A DNA stretch of 64,000 bases from the human T2T-CHM13v2.0 reference genome, Homo sapiens: NCBI RefSeq assembly GCF_009914755.1, contig NC_060925.1; one strand, given 5' to 3'. Positions within the stretch are counted from its first letter, which is position 1; every line of letters begins with the position of its first letter. A program made the position numbers and the translations under genes. Of the stretch, positions 13,640 to 28,500 are shown piece after piece. Under the pieces are notes generated by a model. It saw nothing but the letters and a program-made list of their open reading frames with translations, was not told the origin of the DNA and made no database searches.

Positions 13640-16580
13640 AAATGGAATCGAATGGAATCATCCTCAAATGGAATCTAATGGAATCATGGAACAGAATTGA
13701 ATGGAATCGTCATCGAATGAATTGAATGCAATCATCGAATGGTCTCGAATGGAATCATCTTCTAATGGAAAGGCATGGCATCATCGCATAGAATCGAATG
13801 GAATTAACATTGAATAGACTCGAATGGAATCAACATCAAATGGAATCAATCGGAATTATCGAATGGCATCGAAGAGAATCATCGAATGGACTCGAATGGA
13901 ATCATCTATTGGAATGGAATGGAATAATCCACGGACTCGAATGCAATCATCATCGTATAGAATCGAATGGAATCATCGAATGGACTCGAATGGAAAAATC
14001 ATTGAACGGAATCGAATGGAATCATCATCGGATGGAAACGAATGGAATCATCATCGAATGGAAATGAAAGGAGTCATCATCTAATGGAATTGCATGGAAT
14101 CATCATAAAATGCAATGGAATGGAATCAACATCAAATGGAATCATTAAACGGAATTGAATGGAATCGTCATCGAATGAATTGAATGCAATCATCGAATGG
14201 TCTCAAATGGAATGATCTTCAAATGGAATGGAATGGAATCATCGCATAGAATCGAATGGAATTATCATCGAATGGAATCGAATGGTATCAACATCAAACG
14301 GAAAAAAACGGAATTATCGAATGGAATCGAAGAGAATCATCGAATGGACCTGAATGGAATCATGTAATGGAATGGAAGGGAATAATCCATGGACTCGAAT
14401 GCAATCATCATCGAATGGAATCGAAAGGAATCATCGAATGGAGTCGAATGGAATAATCATTGAACGGAATCGAATGGAATCATCATCGGATGGAAACGAA
14501 TCGAATCATCATCGAATGGAAATGAAAGGAGTCATCATCTAATGGAATTGCATGGAATCATCATAAAATGGAATCAAATGGAATCAACATCAAATGGAAT
14601 CAAGTGGAATCATTGAATGGAATTGAATGGAATCGTCATCGAATGAATTGAATGCAATCATCGAATGGTCTCGAATGGAATCATCTTCAAATGGAATGGA
14701 ATGGAATCATCGCATAGAATCGAATGGAATTATCATCGAATGGAATCGAATGGAATCAACATCAAACGGAAAAAAACGGAATTATCAAATGGAATCGAAG
14801 AGAATCATCGAATGGACCCGAATGGAATCATCTAATGGAATGGAATGGAATAATCCATGGACTCGAATGCAATCATCATCGAATGGAATCGAATGGAATC
14901 ATCGAATGGACTCGAATGGAATAATCATTGAACGGAATCGAATGGAATCATCATCGGATGGAAACGAATGGAATCATCATCGAATGGAAATGACAGGAGT
15001 GATCTAATGGAATTGCATGGAATCATCATAAAATGGAATCGAATGGAATCATCATCAAATGGAATCAAATGGAATCATTGAACGGAATTGAATGGAATAG
15101 TCATCGAATGAATTGAATGCAATCATCGAATGGTCTCGAATGGAATCATCTTCAAATGGAATGGAATGGAATCATCGCATAGAATCGAATGGAATTATCA
15201 TCGAATGGAATCGAATGGAATCAACATCAAACGGAAAAAAACGGAATTATCGAATGGAATCGAAGAGAATCATCGAATGGACCCGAATGGAATCATCTAA
15301 TGGAATGGAATGGAATTATCCATTGACTCGAATGCAATCATCATCGAATGGAATCGAATGGAATCATCGAATGGACTCGAATGGAATAATCATCGAACGG
15401 AAACGAATGGAATCATCATCCGATGGAAAGGAATGGAATCATCATCGAATGGAATCGAATAGAATTATGGAATGAAATCCAGTGTGATCATCATCGAATG
15501 GACCTGAATGGAATCATCATCCAACGGAAGCTAATGGAATCAACATCGAATGAATCGAATGGAAACACCATCGAATTGAAACGAATGGAATTATCATGAA
15601 ATTGAATTGGATGGACACATCATCGAATGGATTCGAATGGAATCATCGAATAAAATTGATTGAAATCATCATCAAATGTAATCGAATGGTATCATTGAAT
15701 GGAATCGAATGGAAACATCATCAGATGGAAATGAATGGAATCGTCATAGAATGGAATCGAATGGATTCATTGAATGGAATCAGATGGAATCATCGAATAG
15801 ACTGGAATGGTATCATTGAATGGACTCGAAAGGGATCATCATTGATTGGAATTGAATGGAATCATCGAATGGTCTCGATTCGAATCATTATCAAATGGAA
15901 TCGAATGGAATCACCGAATAGAATCGAATGGAACAATCATCCAATCAACTCAAATGGAATTATCCTCAAATGGAATCGAATGGAATTATCGAATGCAATC
16001 GAATGGAATTATCGAATGCAATCGAATAGAATCATCGAATGGACTCGAATGGAATCATCGAATGGAATGGAATGGAACAGTCAATGAACTCGAATGGAAT
16101 CATCACTGAATGGAATCGAATGGAATCATCGAGTGGAATCGAATGGAATTATTATCAAATGGAATCGAATGTAATCATCATCAAATGGAATCAAAAATAA
16201 CCATCATCAATTGGTATTGAATGGAAATGTCATCAAATGGAATTCAAAGGAATCATCATCAAATGGAACCGAATGGAATCCTCATTAAATGGAAATGAAA
16301 GGGGTCATCATCTAATGGAATCGCATGGAATCATCATCAAATGGAATCGAATGGAATCATCATGAAATGGAATCTAATGGAAACATTGAACAGAATTGAA
16401 TGGAATCGTCATCGAATGAATTGAATGCAATCATTGAACGGTCTCAAAGGGAATCATCTTCTAATGGAAAGGAATGGAATCGTCGCATAGAATCGAATGG
16501 AATTAACATTGAATGGACTCGAATGGAATCAACATCAAACGGAATCAAGCGGAATTATCGAATGGAATCGAAGAGAATCA
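13640..16580 (+). repeat. Copy 2 of ~2.9-kb near-identical duplication (offset 10411)
   Basis: Same private variants as 3230-6170 at a constant offset of 10411. Confidence 0.9.
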
Positions 16581-19500
16581 TCGAGTGGCCTCGAATGGAA
16601 TCATCTATAGGAATGGAATGGAATAATCCATGGACTCGAATGCAATCATCATCGAATGGAATCGAATGGAATCATCGAATGGACTCGAATGGTATAATCA
16701 TTGAACGGAATCGAATGGAATCATCATCAGATGGAAATGAATGGAATCGTCATAGAATGGAATCGAATGGATTCATTGAATGGAATCAGATGGAATCATC
16801 AAATGGACTGGAATAGAATCACTGAATGGAATCGAAATGGATCATGATTGAATGGAATTGAATGGAATCATCGAATGGTCTCGATTGGAATCATTATCAA
16901 ATGGAATCGAATGGAATCACCGAATAGTATCGAATGGAACAATCATCGAATGGACTCAAATGGAATTATCCTCAAATGGAATCGAATGGAATTATGGAAT
17001 GCAATCGAATGGAATTATCGAATGCAATCGAATAGAATCATCAAATGGACTCGAATGGTATCATCGAATGGAATGGAATGGAACAGTCAATGAACTCGAA
17101 TGGAATCAACATTGAATGGAATCGAATGGAATCATCGAGTGGAATCGAATGGAATTATGATCAAATGTAATCGAATGTAATCATCATCAAATGGAATCAA
17201 AAATAACCATCATCAATTGGTATTGAATGGAATTGTCATCAAATGGAATTAAAAGGAATCATCATCAAATGGAACCGAATGGAATCCTCATTGAATGGAA
17301 ATGAAAGGGGTCATCATCTAATGAAATCACATGGAATCATCATCAAATGGAATCGAATGGAATCATCATCAAATGGAATCTAATGGAATCATTGAACAGA
17401 ATTGAATGGAATCGTCATCGAATGAATTGAATGCAATCATCGAATGGTGTCGAATGGAATCATCTTCTAATGGAAAGGAATGGAATCATCGCATAGAATC
17501 GAATGGAATTAACATTGAATGGACTCGAATGGAATCAACATCAAACGGAATCAAGCGGAATTATCGAATGGAATCGAAGAGAATCATCGAATGGACTCGA
17601 ATGGAATCATGTAATGGAATGGAATGGAATAATCCACGGACTCGAATGCAATCATCATCGTATACAATCGAATGGAATCATCGAATGGACTCGAATGGAA
17701 TAATCATTGAACGGAATCGAATGGAACCATCATCGGATGGAAACGAATGGAATCATCATCGAATGGAAAGGAAAGGAGTCATCATCTAATGGAATTGCAT
17801 GGAATCATCATAAAATGGAATCGAATGGAATCAACATCAAATGGATTCAAATGGAATCATTGAGCGGAATTGAATGGAATCATCATCGAATGAATTGAAT
17901 GCAATCATCGAATGGTCTCGAATGGAATCATCTTCAAATGGAATGGAATGGAATCATCGCATAGAATCGAATGGAATTATCATCGAATGGAATCGAATGG
18001 AATCAACATCAAACGGAAAAAAACGGAATTAGCGAATGGAATCGAAGAGAATCATCGAATGGACCCGAATTGAATCATCTAATGGAATGGAATGGAATAA
18101 TCCATGGACTCGAATGCAATCATCATCGAATGGAATCGAATGGAATCATCGAATGGACTAGAATGGAATAATCATTGAACGGAATCGAATGGAATCATCA
18201 TCGGATGGAAACGAATGGAATCATCATCGAATGGAAATGAAAGGAGTCATCATCAACTGGAATTGCATGGAATCATCATAAAATGGAATCGAATGGAATC
18301 AACATCAAGTGGAATCAAATGGAATCATTGAACGGAATTGAATGGAATCGTCATCGAATGAATTGAATGCAATCATCGAATGGTCTCGAATGGAATCATC
18401 TTCAAATGGAATAGAATGGAATCATCGCATAGAATCGAATGGAATTATCATCGAATGGAATCGAATGCTATCAACATCAAACGGAAAAAAACGGAATTAT
18501 CGAATGGAATCGAAGAGAATCATCGAACGGACCCGAATGGAATCATCTAATGGAATGGAATGGAATAATCCATGGACTCGAATGCAATCATCATCGAATG
18601 GAATGGAATGGAATCATCGAATGGACTCAAATGGAATAATCATTGAACGGAATCGAATGGAATCATCATCGGATGGAAACGAATGGAATCATCATCGAAT
18701 GGAAATGAAAGGAGTCATCATCTAATGGAATTGCATGGAATCATCATAAAATGGAGTCGAATGGAATCAACATCAAATGGAATCAAATGGAATCATTGAA
18801 CAGAATTGAATGGAATCGTCATCGAATGAATTGAATGCAATCATCGAACAGTCTCGAAGGGAATCATCTTCTAATGGAAAGGAATGGAATCATCGCATAG
18901 AATCGAATGGAATTAACATTGAATTGACTCGAATGGAATCAACATCAAACGGAATCAAGCGGAATTATCGAATGGAATCGAAGAGAATCATCGAATGGAC
19001 TCGAATGGATTCATCTAACGGAATGGAATGGAATAATCCACGGACTCGAATGCAATCATCATCGTATAGAATCGAATGGAATCATCGAATGGACTCGAAT
19101 GGAATAATCATTGAACGGAATCAAATGGAATCATCATCGGATGGAAATGAAAGGAGTCATCATCTAATGGAATTGCATGGAAACATCATAAAATGGAATC
19201 GAATGGAATCAACATCAAATGGAATCAAATGGAATCATTGAACGGAATTGAATGGAATCGTCATCGAATGAATTGAATGCAATCATCGAACGGTCTCGAA
19301 TGGAATCACCTTCAAATGGAATGGAATGGAATCATCGCATAGAATCGAATGGAATTATCATCGAATGGAATCGAATGGTATCAACATCAAACGGAATCAA
19401 ATGGAATCATTGAACGGAATTGAATGGAATCGTCATCGAATGAATTGAATGCAATCATCGAATGGTCTCGAATGGAATCATCTTCAAATGGAATGGAATG

Positions 19501-22500
19501 GAATCATCGCATAGAATCGAATGGAATTATCATCGAATGGAATCGAATGGTATCAACAGCAAACAGAAAAAATCGGAATTATCGAATGGAATCGAAGAGA
19601 ATCATCGAAAGACCCGAATGGAATCATCTAATGGAATGGAATGGAATAATCCATGGAATCGAATGCAATCATCATCGAATGGAATTGAATGGAATCATCG
19701 AAAGGACTCCAATGGAATAGTCATTGAACGGAATCGAATGGAATCATCATCGGATGGAAACGAATGGAATCATCATCGAATGGAAGTGAAAGGAGTCATC
19801 ATCTAATGGAATTGCATGGAATCATCATAAAATGGAATCGAATGGAATCAACATCAAATGGAATCAAATGGAATCATTGAACGGAATTGAATGGAATCGT
19901 CATCGAATGAATTGAATGCAATCATCGAATGGTCTCGAATCGAATCATCTTCAAATGGAATGGAATGGAATCATCGCATAGAATCGAATGGAATTATCAT
20001 CGAATGGAATCGAATGGAATCAACATCAAAAGGAAAAAAACGGAATTATCGAATGGAATCGAAGAGAATCATCGAATGGACCCGAATGGAATCATCTAAT
20101 GGAATGGAATGGAATAATCCATGGACTCGAATGCAATCATCATCGAATGGAATCGAATGGAGTCATCGAATGGACTCGAATGGAATAATCATTGAACGGA
20201 ATCGAATGGAATCATCATCGGATGGGAATGAATGGAATCATCCTCGAATGGAATCGAATAGAATTATGGAATGAAATCCAGTGTGATCATCATCGAATGG
20301 ACCCGAATGGAATCATCATCCAACGGAAGCTAATGGAATCAACATGGAATGAATCGAATGGAAACACCATCGAATTGAAACGAATGGAATTATCATGAAA
20401 TTGAAATGGATGGACTCATCATCGAATGGATTCGAATGGAATGATCGAATAAAATTGATTGAAATCATCATCAAATGGAATCGAATGGTATCATTGAATG
20501 GAATCCAATGGAATCATCATCAGATGGAAATGAATGGAATCGTCATAGAATGGAATCGAATGGATTCATTGAATGGAATCAGATGGAATCATCGAATGGA
20601 ATGGAATGGAATCATTGAATGGACTCGAAAGGGATCATTATTGAATGGAATTGAATGGAATCATCAAATGGTCTCGATAGGAATCATTATCAAATGCAAT
20701 CGAATGGAATCACCGAATAGAATCGAATGGAACAATCATCGAATGGACTCAAATGGAATTATCCTCAAATGGAATCGAATGGAATTATCGAATGCAATCG
20801 AATGGAATTATCGAATGCAATCGAATAGAATCATCGAATGGACTCGAATGGAATCATCGAATGGAATGGAATGGAACAGTCAATGAACTCGAATGGAATC
20901 ATCATTGAATGGAATCGAATGGAATCAACGAGTGGAATCGAACGGAATTATGATCAAATGGAATCGAATGTAATCATCATCAAATGGAATCAAAAATAAC
21001 CATCATCAATTGTTATTGAATGGAATTGTCATCAAATGGAATTCAAAGGAATCATCATCAAATGGAACCGAATGGAATCCTCATTGAATGGAAATGAAAG
21101 GGGTCATCATCTAATGGAATCGCATGGAATCATCATCAAATGGAATCGAATGGAATCATCATCAAATGGAATCTAATGGAATCATTGAACAGAATTGAAT
21201 GGAATCGTCATCGAATGAATTGAATGCAATCATCGAATGGTCTCGAATGGAATCATCTTCTAATGGAAAGGAATGGAATCATCGCATAGAATCGAATGGA
21301 ATTAACATTGAATGGACTCGAATGGAAACAACGTCAAACGGAATCAAGCGGAATTATCCAATGGAATCGAAGAGAATCATCGAATGGACTCGAATGGAAT
21401 CATCTAATGGAATGGAATGGAATAATCCATAGACTCGATTGCAATCATCATCGTATAGAATCGAATGGAATCCTCGAATGGACTCGAATGGAATAATCAT
21501 TGAACGGAATCGAATGGAATCATCATCGGATGGAAACGTATGGAATCAACATCGAATGGAAATGAAAGGAGTCATCATCTAATGGAATTGCATGGAATCA
21601 TCATAAAATGCAATCGAATGGAATCAACATCAAATGGAATCAAATGGAATCATTGAACGGAATTGAATGGAATCGTCATCGAATGAATTGAATGCAATCA
21701 TCGAATGGTCTCGAATGGAATCATCTTCAAATGGAATGGAATGGAATCATCGCATAGAATCGAATGGAATTATCATCGAATGGAATCGAATGGAATGAAC
21801 ATCAAAAGGAAAAAAACGGAATTATCGAATGGAATCGAAGAGAATCATCGAATGGACCCGAATGGAATCATCTAATGGAATGGAATGGAATAATCCATGG
21901 ACTCGAATGCAATCATCATCGAATGGAATCGAATGGAATCAACGAATGGACTCGAATGGAATAATCATTGAACGGAATCGAATGGAATCATCATCGGATG
22001 GAAATGAATGGAATCATCATCGAATGGAATCGAATAGAATTATGGATTGAAATCCAGTGTGATCATCATCGAATGGACCCGAATGGACACATCAACCAAC
22101 GGAAACTAATGGAATCAACATCGAATGAATCGAATGGAAACACCATCGAATTGAAACGAATGGAATTATCATGAAATTGAAATGAATGGACTCATCATCG
22201 AATGGATTCGAATGGAATCATCGAATGAAATTGATTGAAATCATCATCAAATGGAATCGAATGGAATCATTGAATGGAATCGAATGGAATCATCATCAGA
22301 TGGAAATGAATGGAATCGTCATAGAATGGAATCGAATGGATTCATTGAATGGAATCAGACGTAATAATCGACTGGACTGGAATGGAATCATTGAATGGAC
22401 TCGAAAGGCATCATTATTGAATGGAATTGAATGGAATCATCGAATGGTCTCGATTGGAATCATCATCAAATGGAGTCGAATGGAATCACCGAATAGAATC

Positions 22501-25500
22501 GAATGGAACAATCATCGAATGGACTCAAATGGAATTATCCTCAAATGGAATCGAATGGAATTATCGAATGCAATCGAATGGAATTATCGAATGCAATCGA
22601 ATAGAATCATCGAATGGACTCGAATGGAATCATCGAATGGAATGGAATGGAACAGTCAATGAACTCGAATGGAATCATCATTGAATGGAATCGAATGGAA
22701 TCATCGAGTGGAATCGAATGTAATCATCATCAAATGGAATCGAATGTAATCATCATCAAATGGAATCAAAAATAAACATCATCAATTGGTATTGAATGGA
22801 ATTGTCATCAAATGGAATTCAAAGGAATCATCATCAAATGGAAGCGAATGGAATCCTCATTGAATGGAAATGAATGGGGTCATCATCTAATGGAATCGCA
22901 TGGAACCATCATCAAATGGAATCGAATGGAATCATCATTACATGGAATCTAATGTAATCATTGAACAGAATTGAATGGAATCGTCATCGAATGAATTGAA
23001 TGCAATCATCGAATGGTCTCGAATGGAATCATCTTCTAATGGAAAGGAATGGAATCATCGCATAGAATCGAATGGAATTAACATTGAATGAACTCGAATG
23101 GAAACAACATCAAACGTAATCAAGCGGAATTATCGAATTGAATCGAAGAGAATCATCGAATGGACTCGAATGGAATCATCTAATGGAATAGAATGGAATA
23201 ATCCATGGACTCGAATGCAATCATCATCGTATAGAATCGAATGGAATCATCGAATGGACTCGAATGGAAAAATCATTGAACGGAATCTAATGGAATCATC
23301 TTTGCATGGAAACGAATGGAATCATCATCGAATGGAAATGAAAGGAGTCATCATCTAATGGATTTGCATGGAATCATCATCAAATGGAATCGAATGGAAT
23401 CAACATCAAATGGAATCAAATGGAATCATTGAATGGAATTGAATGGAATCGTCATGAATGAATTGAATGCAATCATCGAATGGTCTCGAATGGAATCATC
23501 TTCAAATGGAATGGAATGGAATCATCGCATAGAATCGAATGGAATTATCATCGAATGGAATGGAATGGAATTAACATCAAACGGAAAAAAACGGAATTAT
23601 CGAATGGAATCGAAGAGAATCATCGAATGGACCCGAATGGAATCATCTAATGGAATGGAATGGAATAATCCATGGACTCGAATGCAATCATCATCGAATG
23701 GAATCGAATGGAATCATCGAATGGACTCGAATGGAATAATCATTGAACGGAATCGAATGGAATCATCATCGGATGGAAATGAATGGAATCATCATCGAAT
23801 GGAATCGAATAGAATTATGGAATGAAATCCAGTGTGATCATCATCGAATGGACCCGAATGGAATCATCATCCAACGGAAGCTAATGGAATCAACATCGAA
23901 TGAATCGAATGGAAACACCATCGAATTGAAACGAATGGAATTATCATGAAATTGAAATGGATGGACTCATCATCAAAAGGATTCGAATGGAATCATCGAA
24001 TAAAATTGATTGAAATCATCATCAAATGGAATCGAATGGTATCATTGAATGGAATCGAATGGAATCATCATCAGATGGAAATGAATGGAATCGTCATAGA
24101 ATGGAATCGAATGGATTCATTGAATGGAATCAGATGGAATCATCGAATGGACTGGAATGGAATCATTGAATGGACTCGAAAGGGATCATCATTGAATTTA
24201 ATTGAATGGAATCATGGAATGGTCTCGATTGGAATCATTATCAAATGGAATCGAATGGAATCACCGAATAGAATCGAATGGAACAATCATCGAATGGACT
24301 CAAATGGAATTATCCTCAAATGGAATCGAATGGAATTTTCGAATGCAATCGAATGGAATTATCGAATGCAATCGAATAGAATCATCGAATGGACTCGAAT
24401 GGAATCATCGAACGGAATGGAATGCAACAGTCAATGAACACTAATGGAATCATCATTGAATGGAATCGAATGGAATCATCGAGTTGAATCGAATGGAATT
24501 ATGATCAAATGGAATCGAATGTAATCATCATCAAATGGAATCAAAAATAACCATCATCAATTGGTATTGAATGGATTTGTCATCAAATGGAATTCAAAGG
24601 AATCATCATCAAATGAAACCGAATAGAATCCTCATTGAATGGAAATGAAAGGGGTCATCATCTAATGGAATCACATGGAATCATCATCAAATGGAATCTA
24701 ATGGAAACATTGAACAGAATTGAATGGAATCGTCATCGAATGAATTGAATGCAATCATCGAACGGTCTCGAAGGGAATCATCTTCTAATGGAAAGGAATT
24801 GAATCATCGCATAGAATCGAATGGAATTAACATTTAATGGACTCGAATGGAATCAACATCAAACGGAATCAAGGGGAATTATCGAATGGAATCGAAAAGA
24901 ATCATCGAATGGACTCGAATGGAATCATCTAATGGAATGGAATGGAATAATCCACGGACTCGACTGCAATCATCATCGAATGGAATCGAATGGAATCATC
25001 GAATGGACACGAATGGAATAATCATTGAACGGAATCGAATGGAATCATCATCGGATGGAAACGAATGAAATCATCATCGAATGGAAATGAAAGGAGTCAT
25101 CATCTAATGGAATTCCATGGAATCATCATAAAATGGAATCGAATGGAATCAACATCAAATGGAATCAAATGGAATCATTGAACGGAATTGAATGGAATCG
25201 TCATCTAATGAATTGAATGCAATCATCGAATGGTCTCGAATGGAATCATCTTCAAATGGAATGGAATGGAATCATCGCATAGAATCGAATGGAATTATCA
25301 TCGAATGGAATCGAAAGGTATCAACAACAAACGGAAAAAAACGGAATTATCGAATGGAATCGAAGAGAATCATCGAACGGACCCGAATGGAATCATGTAA
25401 TGGAATGGAATGGAATTATCCATGGACTCGAATGCAATCTTCATCGAATGGAATCGAATGGAATCATCGAATGGACTCGAATGGAATAATCATCAAACGG

Positions 25501-28500
25501 AATCGAATGGAATCATCATCGGATGGAAATGAATGGAATCATCATCGAATGGAATCGAAAAGAATTATGGAATGAAATCCAGTGTGATCCTCATCGAATG
25601 GACCCGAATGGAATCATCATCCAACGGAAGCTAATGGAATCAAAATCGAATGAATCGAATGGAAACACCATCGAATAGAAACGAATGGAATTATCATGAA
25701 ATTGAAATGGATGGACTCATCATCGAATGGATTCGAATGGAATCATTGAATAAAATTTATTGAAATCATCATCAAATGGAATCGAATGGTATCATTTAAT
25801 GGAATCGAATGGAATCATCATCAGATGGAAATGAATGGAATCGTCATAGAATGGAATCGAATGGATTCATTGAATGGAATCAGATGGAATCATCGAATGG
25901 ACTGGAATGGAATCATTGAATGGACTCGAAAGGGATCATTATTGAACGGAATTGAATGGAATCATCGAATGGTCTCGATTGGAATCATTATCAAATGGAA
26001 TCGAATGGAATCACCGAATAGAATCGAATGGAACAATCATCGAATGGACTCAAATGGAATTATCCTCAAAAGGAATCGAATGGAATTATCGAATGCAATC
26101 GAATGGAATTATCGAATGCAATCGAATAGAATCATAGAATGGACTCGAATGGAATCATCGAATGGAATGGAATGGAACAGTCAATTAACTCGAATGGAAT
26201 CAACACTGAATGGAATCGAATGGAATCATCGAGTGGAATCGAATGGAATTATGATCAAATGGAATCGAATGTAATCATCATCAAATGGAATCAAAAATAA
26301 CCATCATCAATTGGTATTGAATGGAATTGTCATCAAATGGAATTCAAAGGAATCATCATCAAATGGAACCGAATGGAATCCTCATTGAATGGAAATGAAA
26401 GGGGTCCTCATCTAATGGAATCGCATGGAATCATCATCAAATGAAATCGAATGGAATCATCATCAAATGGAATCTAATGGAATCATTGAAAAGAATTGAA
26501 TGGAATCGTCATCGAATAAATTGAATGCAATCATCGAATGGTCTCGAATGGAATCATCTTCAAATGGAATGGAATGGAATCATCGCATAGAATCGAATGG
26601 AATTATCATCGTATGGAATCGAATGGAATCAACATCAAACGGAAAAAAACGGAATTATCGAATGGAATCGAAGAGAATCATCGAATGGACCCGTATGGAA
26701 TCATCTAATGGAATGGAATGGAATAATCCATGGACTCGAATGCAATCATCATCGAATGGAATCGAATGGAATCATCGAATGGACTCGAATGGAATAATCA
26801 TTGAACAGAATCGAATGGAATCATCATCGGATGGAAATGAATGGAATCATCATCGAATGGAATCAAATACAATTATGGAATGAAATCCAGTGTGATCATC
26901 ATCGAATGGACCCGAATGGAATCATCATCCAACGGAAGCTAATGGAATCAACATCGAATGAATCGAATGGAAACACCATCGAATTGAAACGAATGGAAAT
27001 ATCATGAAATTGAAATGGATGGACTCATCATCGAATGGATTCGAATGGAATCATCGAATAAAATTGATTGAAATCATCATCAAATGGAATCGAATGCTAT
27101 CATTGAATGGAATCGAATGGAATCATCATCAGATCGAAATGATTGGATTCGTCATAGAATGGAATCGAATGGATTCATTGAATGGAATCAGATGGAATCA
27201 TCGAATGGACTGGAATGGAATCATTGAATGGACTCGAAAGGGATCATTATTGAATGGAATTGAATGGAATCATCGAATGGTCTCGATTGGAATCATTATC
27301 AAATGGAATCGAATGGAATCACCGAATAGAATCGAATGGAACAATCATCGAATGGACTCAAATGGAATTATCCTGAAATGGAATCGAATGGAATTATCGA
27401 ATGCAATCGAATGCAATTATCGAATGCAATCGAATAGAATCATCGAATGGACTCGAATGGAATCATCGAATGGAATGGAATGGAACAGTCAATGAACTCG
27501 AATGGAATCATCATTGAATGGAATCGAAAGGAATCATCGAGTGGAATCGAATGGAATTATGATCAAATGGAATCGAATGTAATCATCATCAAATGGAATC
27601 AAAAATAACCATCATCAATTGGTATTGAATGGAATTGTCATCAAATGGAATTCAAAGGAATCATCATCAAATGGAACCGAATGGAATCCTCATTGAATGG
27701 AAATGAAAGGGGTCATCATCTAATGGAATCGCATGGAATCATCATCAAATGGAATCGAATGGAATCATCATCAAATGGAATCTAATGGAAACATTGAACA
27801 GAATTGAATGGAATCGTCATCGAATGAATTGAATGCAATCATGGAACGGTCTCAAATGGAATCATCTTCTAATGGAAAGGAATGGAATCATCGCATAGAA
27901 TCGAATGGAATTAACATTGAATGGACTCGAATGGAATCAACATCAAACGGAATCAAGCGGAATTATCGAATGGAATCGAAGAGAATCATCGAGTGGACTC
28001 GAATGGAATCATCTATAGGAATGGAATGGAATAATCCATGGACTCGAATGCAATCATCATCGAATGGAATCGAATGGAATCATCGAATGGACTCGAATGG
28101 TATAATCATTGAACGGAATCGAATGGAATCATCATCAGATGGAAATGAATGGAATCGTCATAGAATGGAATCGAATGGATTCATTGAATGGAATCAGATG
28201 GAATCATCGAATGGACTGGAATGGAATCATTGAATGGACTCGAAAGGGATCATTATTGAATGGAATTGAATGGAATCTTCGAATGGTCTCGATTGGAATC
28301 ATTATCAAATGGAATCGAATGGAATCACCGAATAGAATCGAATGGAACAATCATCGAATGGACTCAAATGGAATTATCCTCAAATGGAATCGAATGGAAT
28401 TATGGAATGCAATCGAATGGAATTATCGAATGCAATCCAATAGAATCATCGAATGGACTCGAATAGAACCATCAAATGGAATGGAATGGAACAGTCAATG

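Larger units (their letters stand above)
2350..20400 (+). repeat. Module-expanded domain: cores separated by 4-7 tandem 468-bp modules
   Basis: The core marker ATGAAATTGAA occurs at 2487, 5185, 9275, 12897, 15596 and 20395 (spacings 2698, 4090, 3622, 2699, 4799). Module starts run 5989, 6457, 6925, 7393, 7835, 8303, 8771. Confidence 0.88.
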
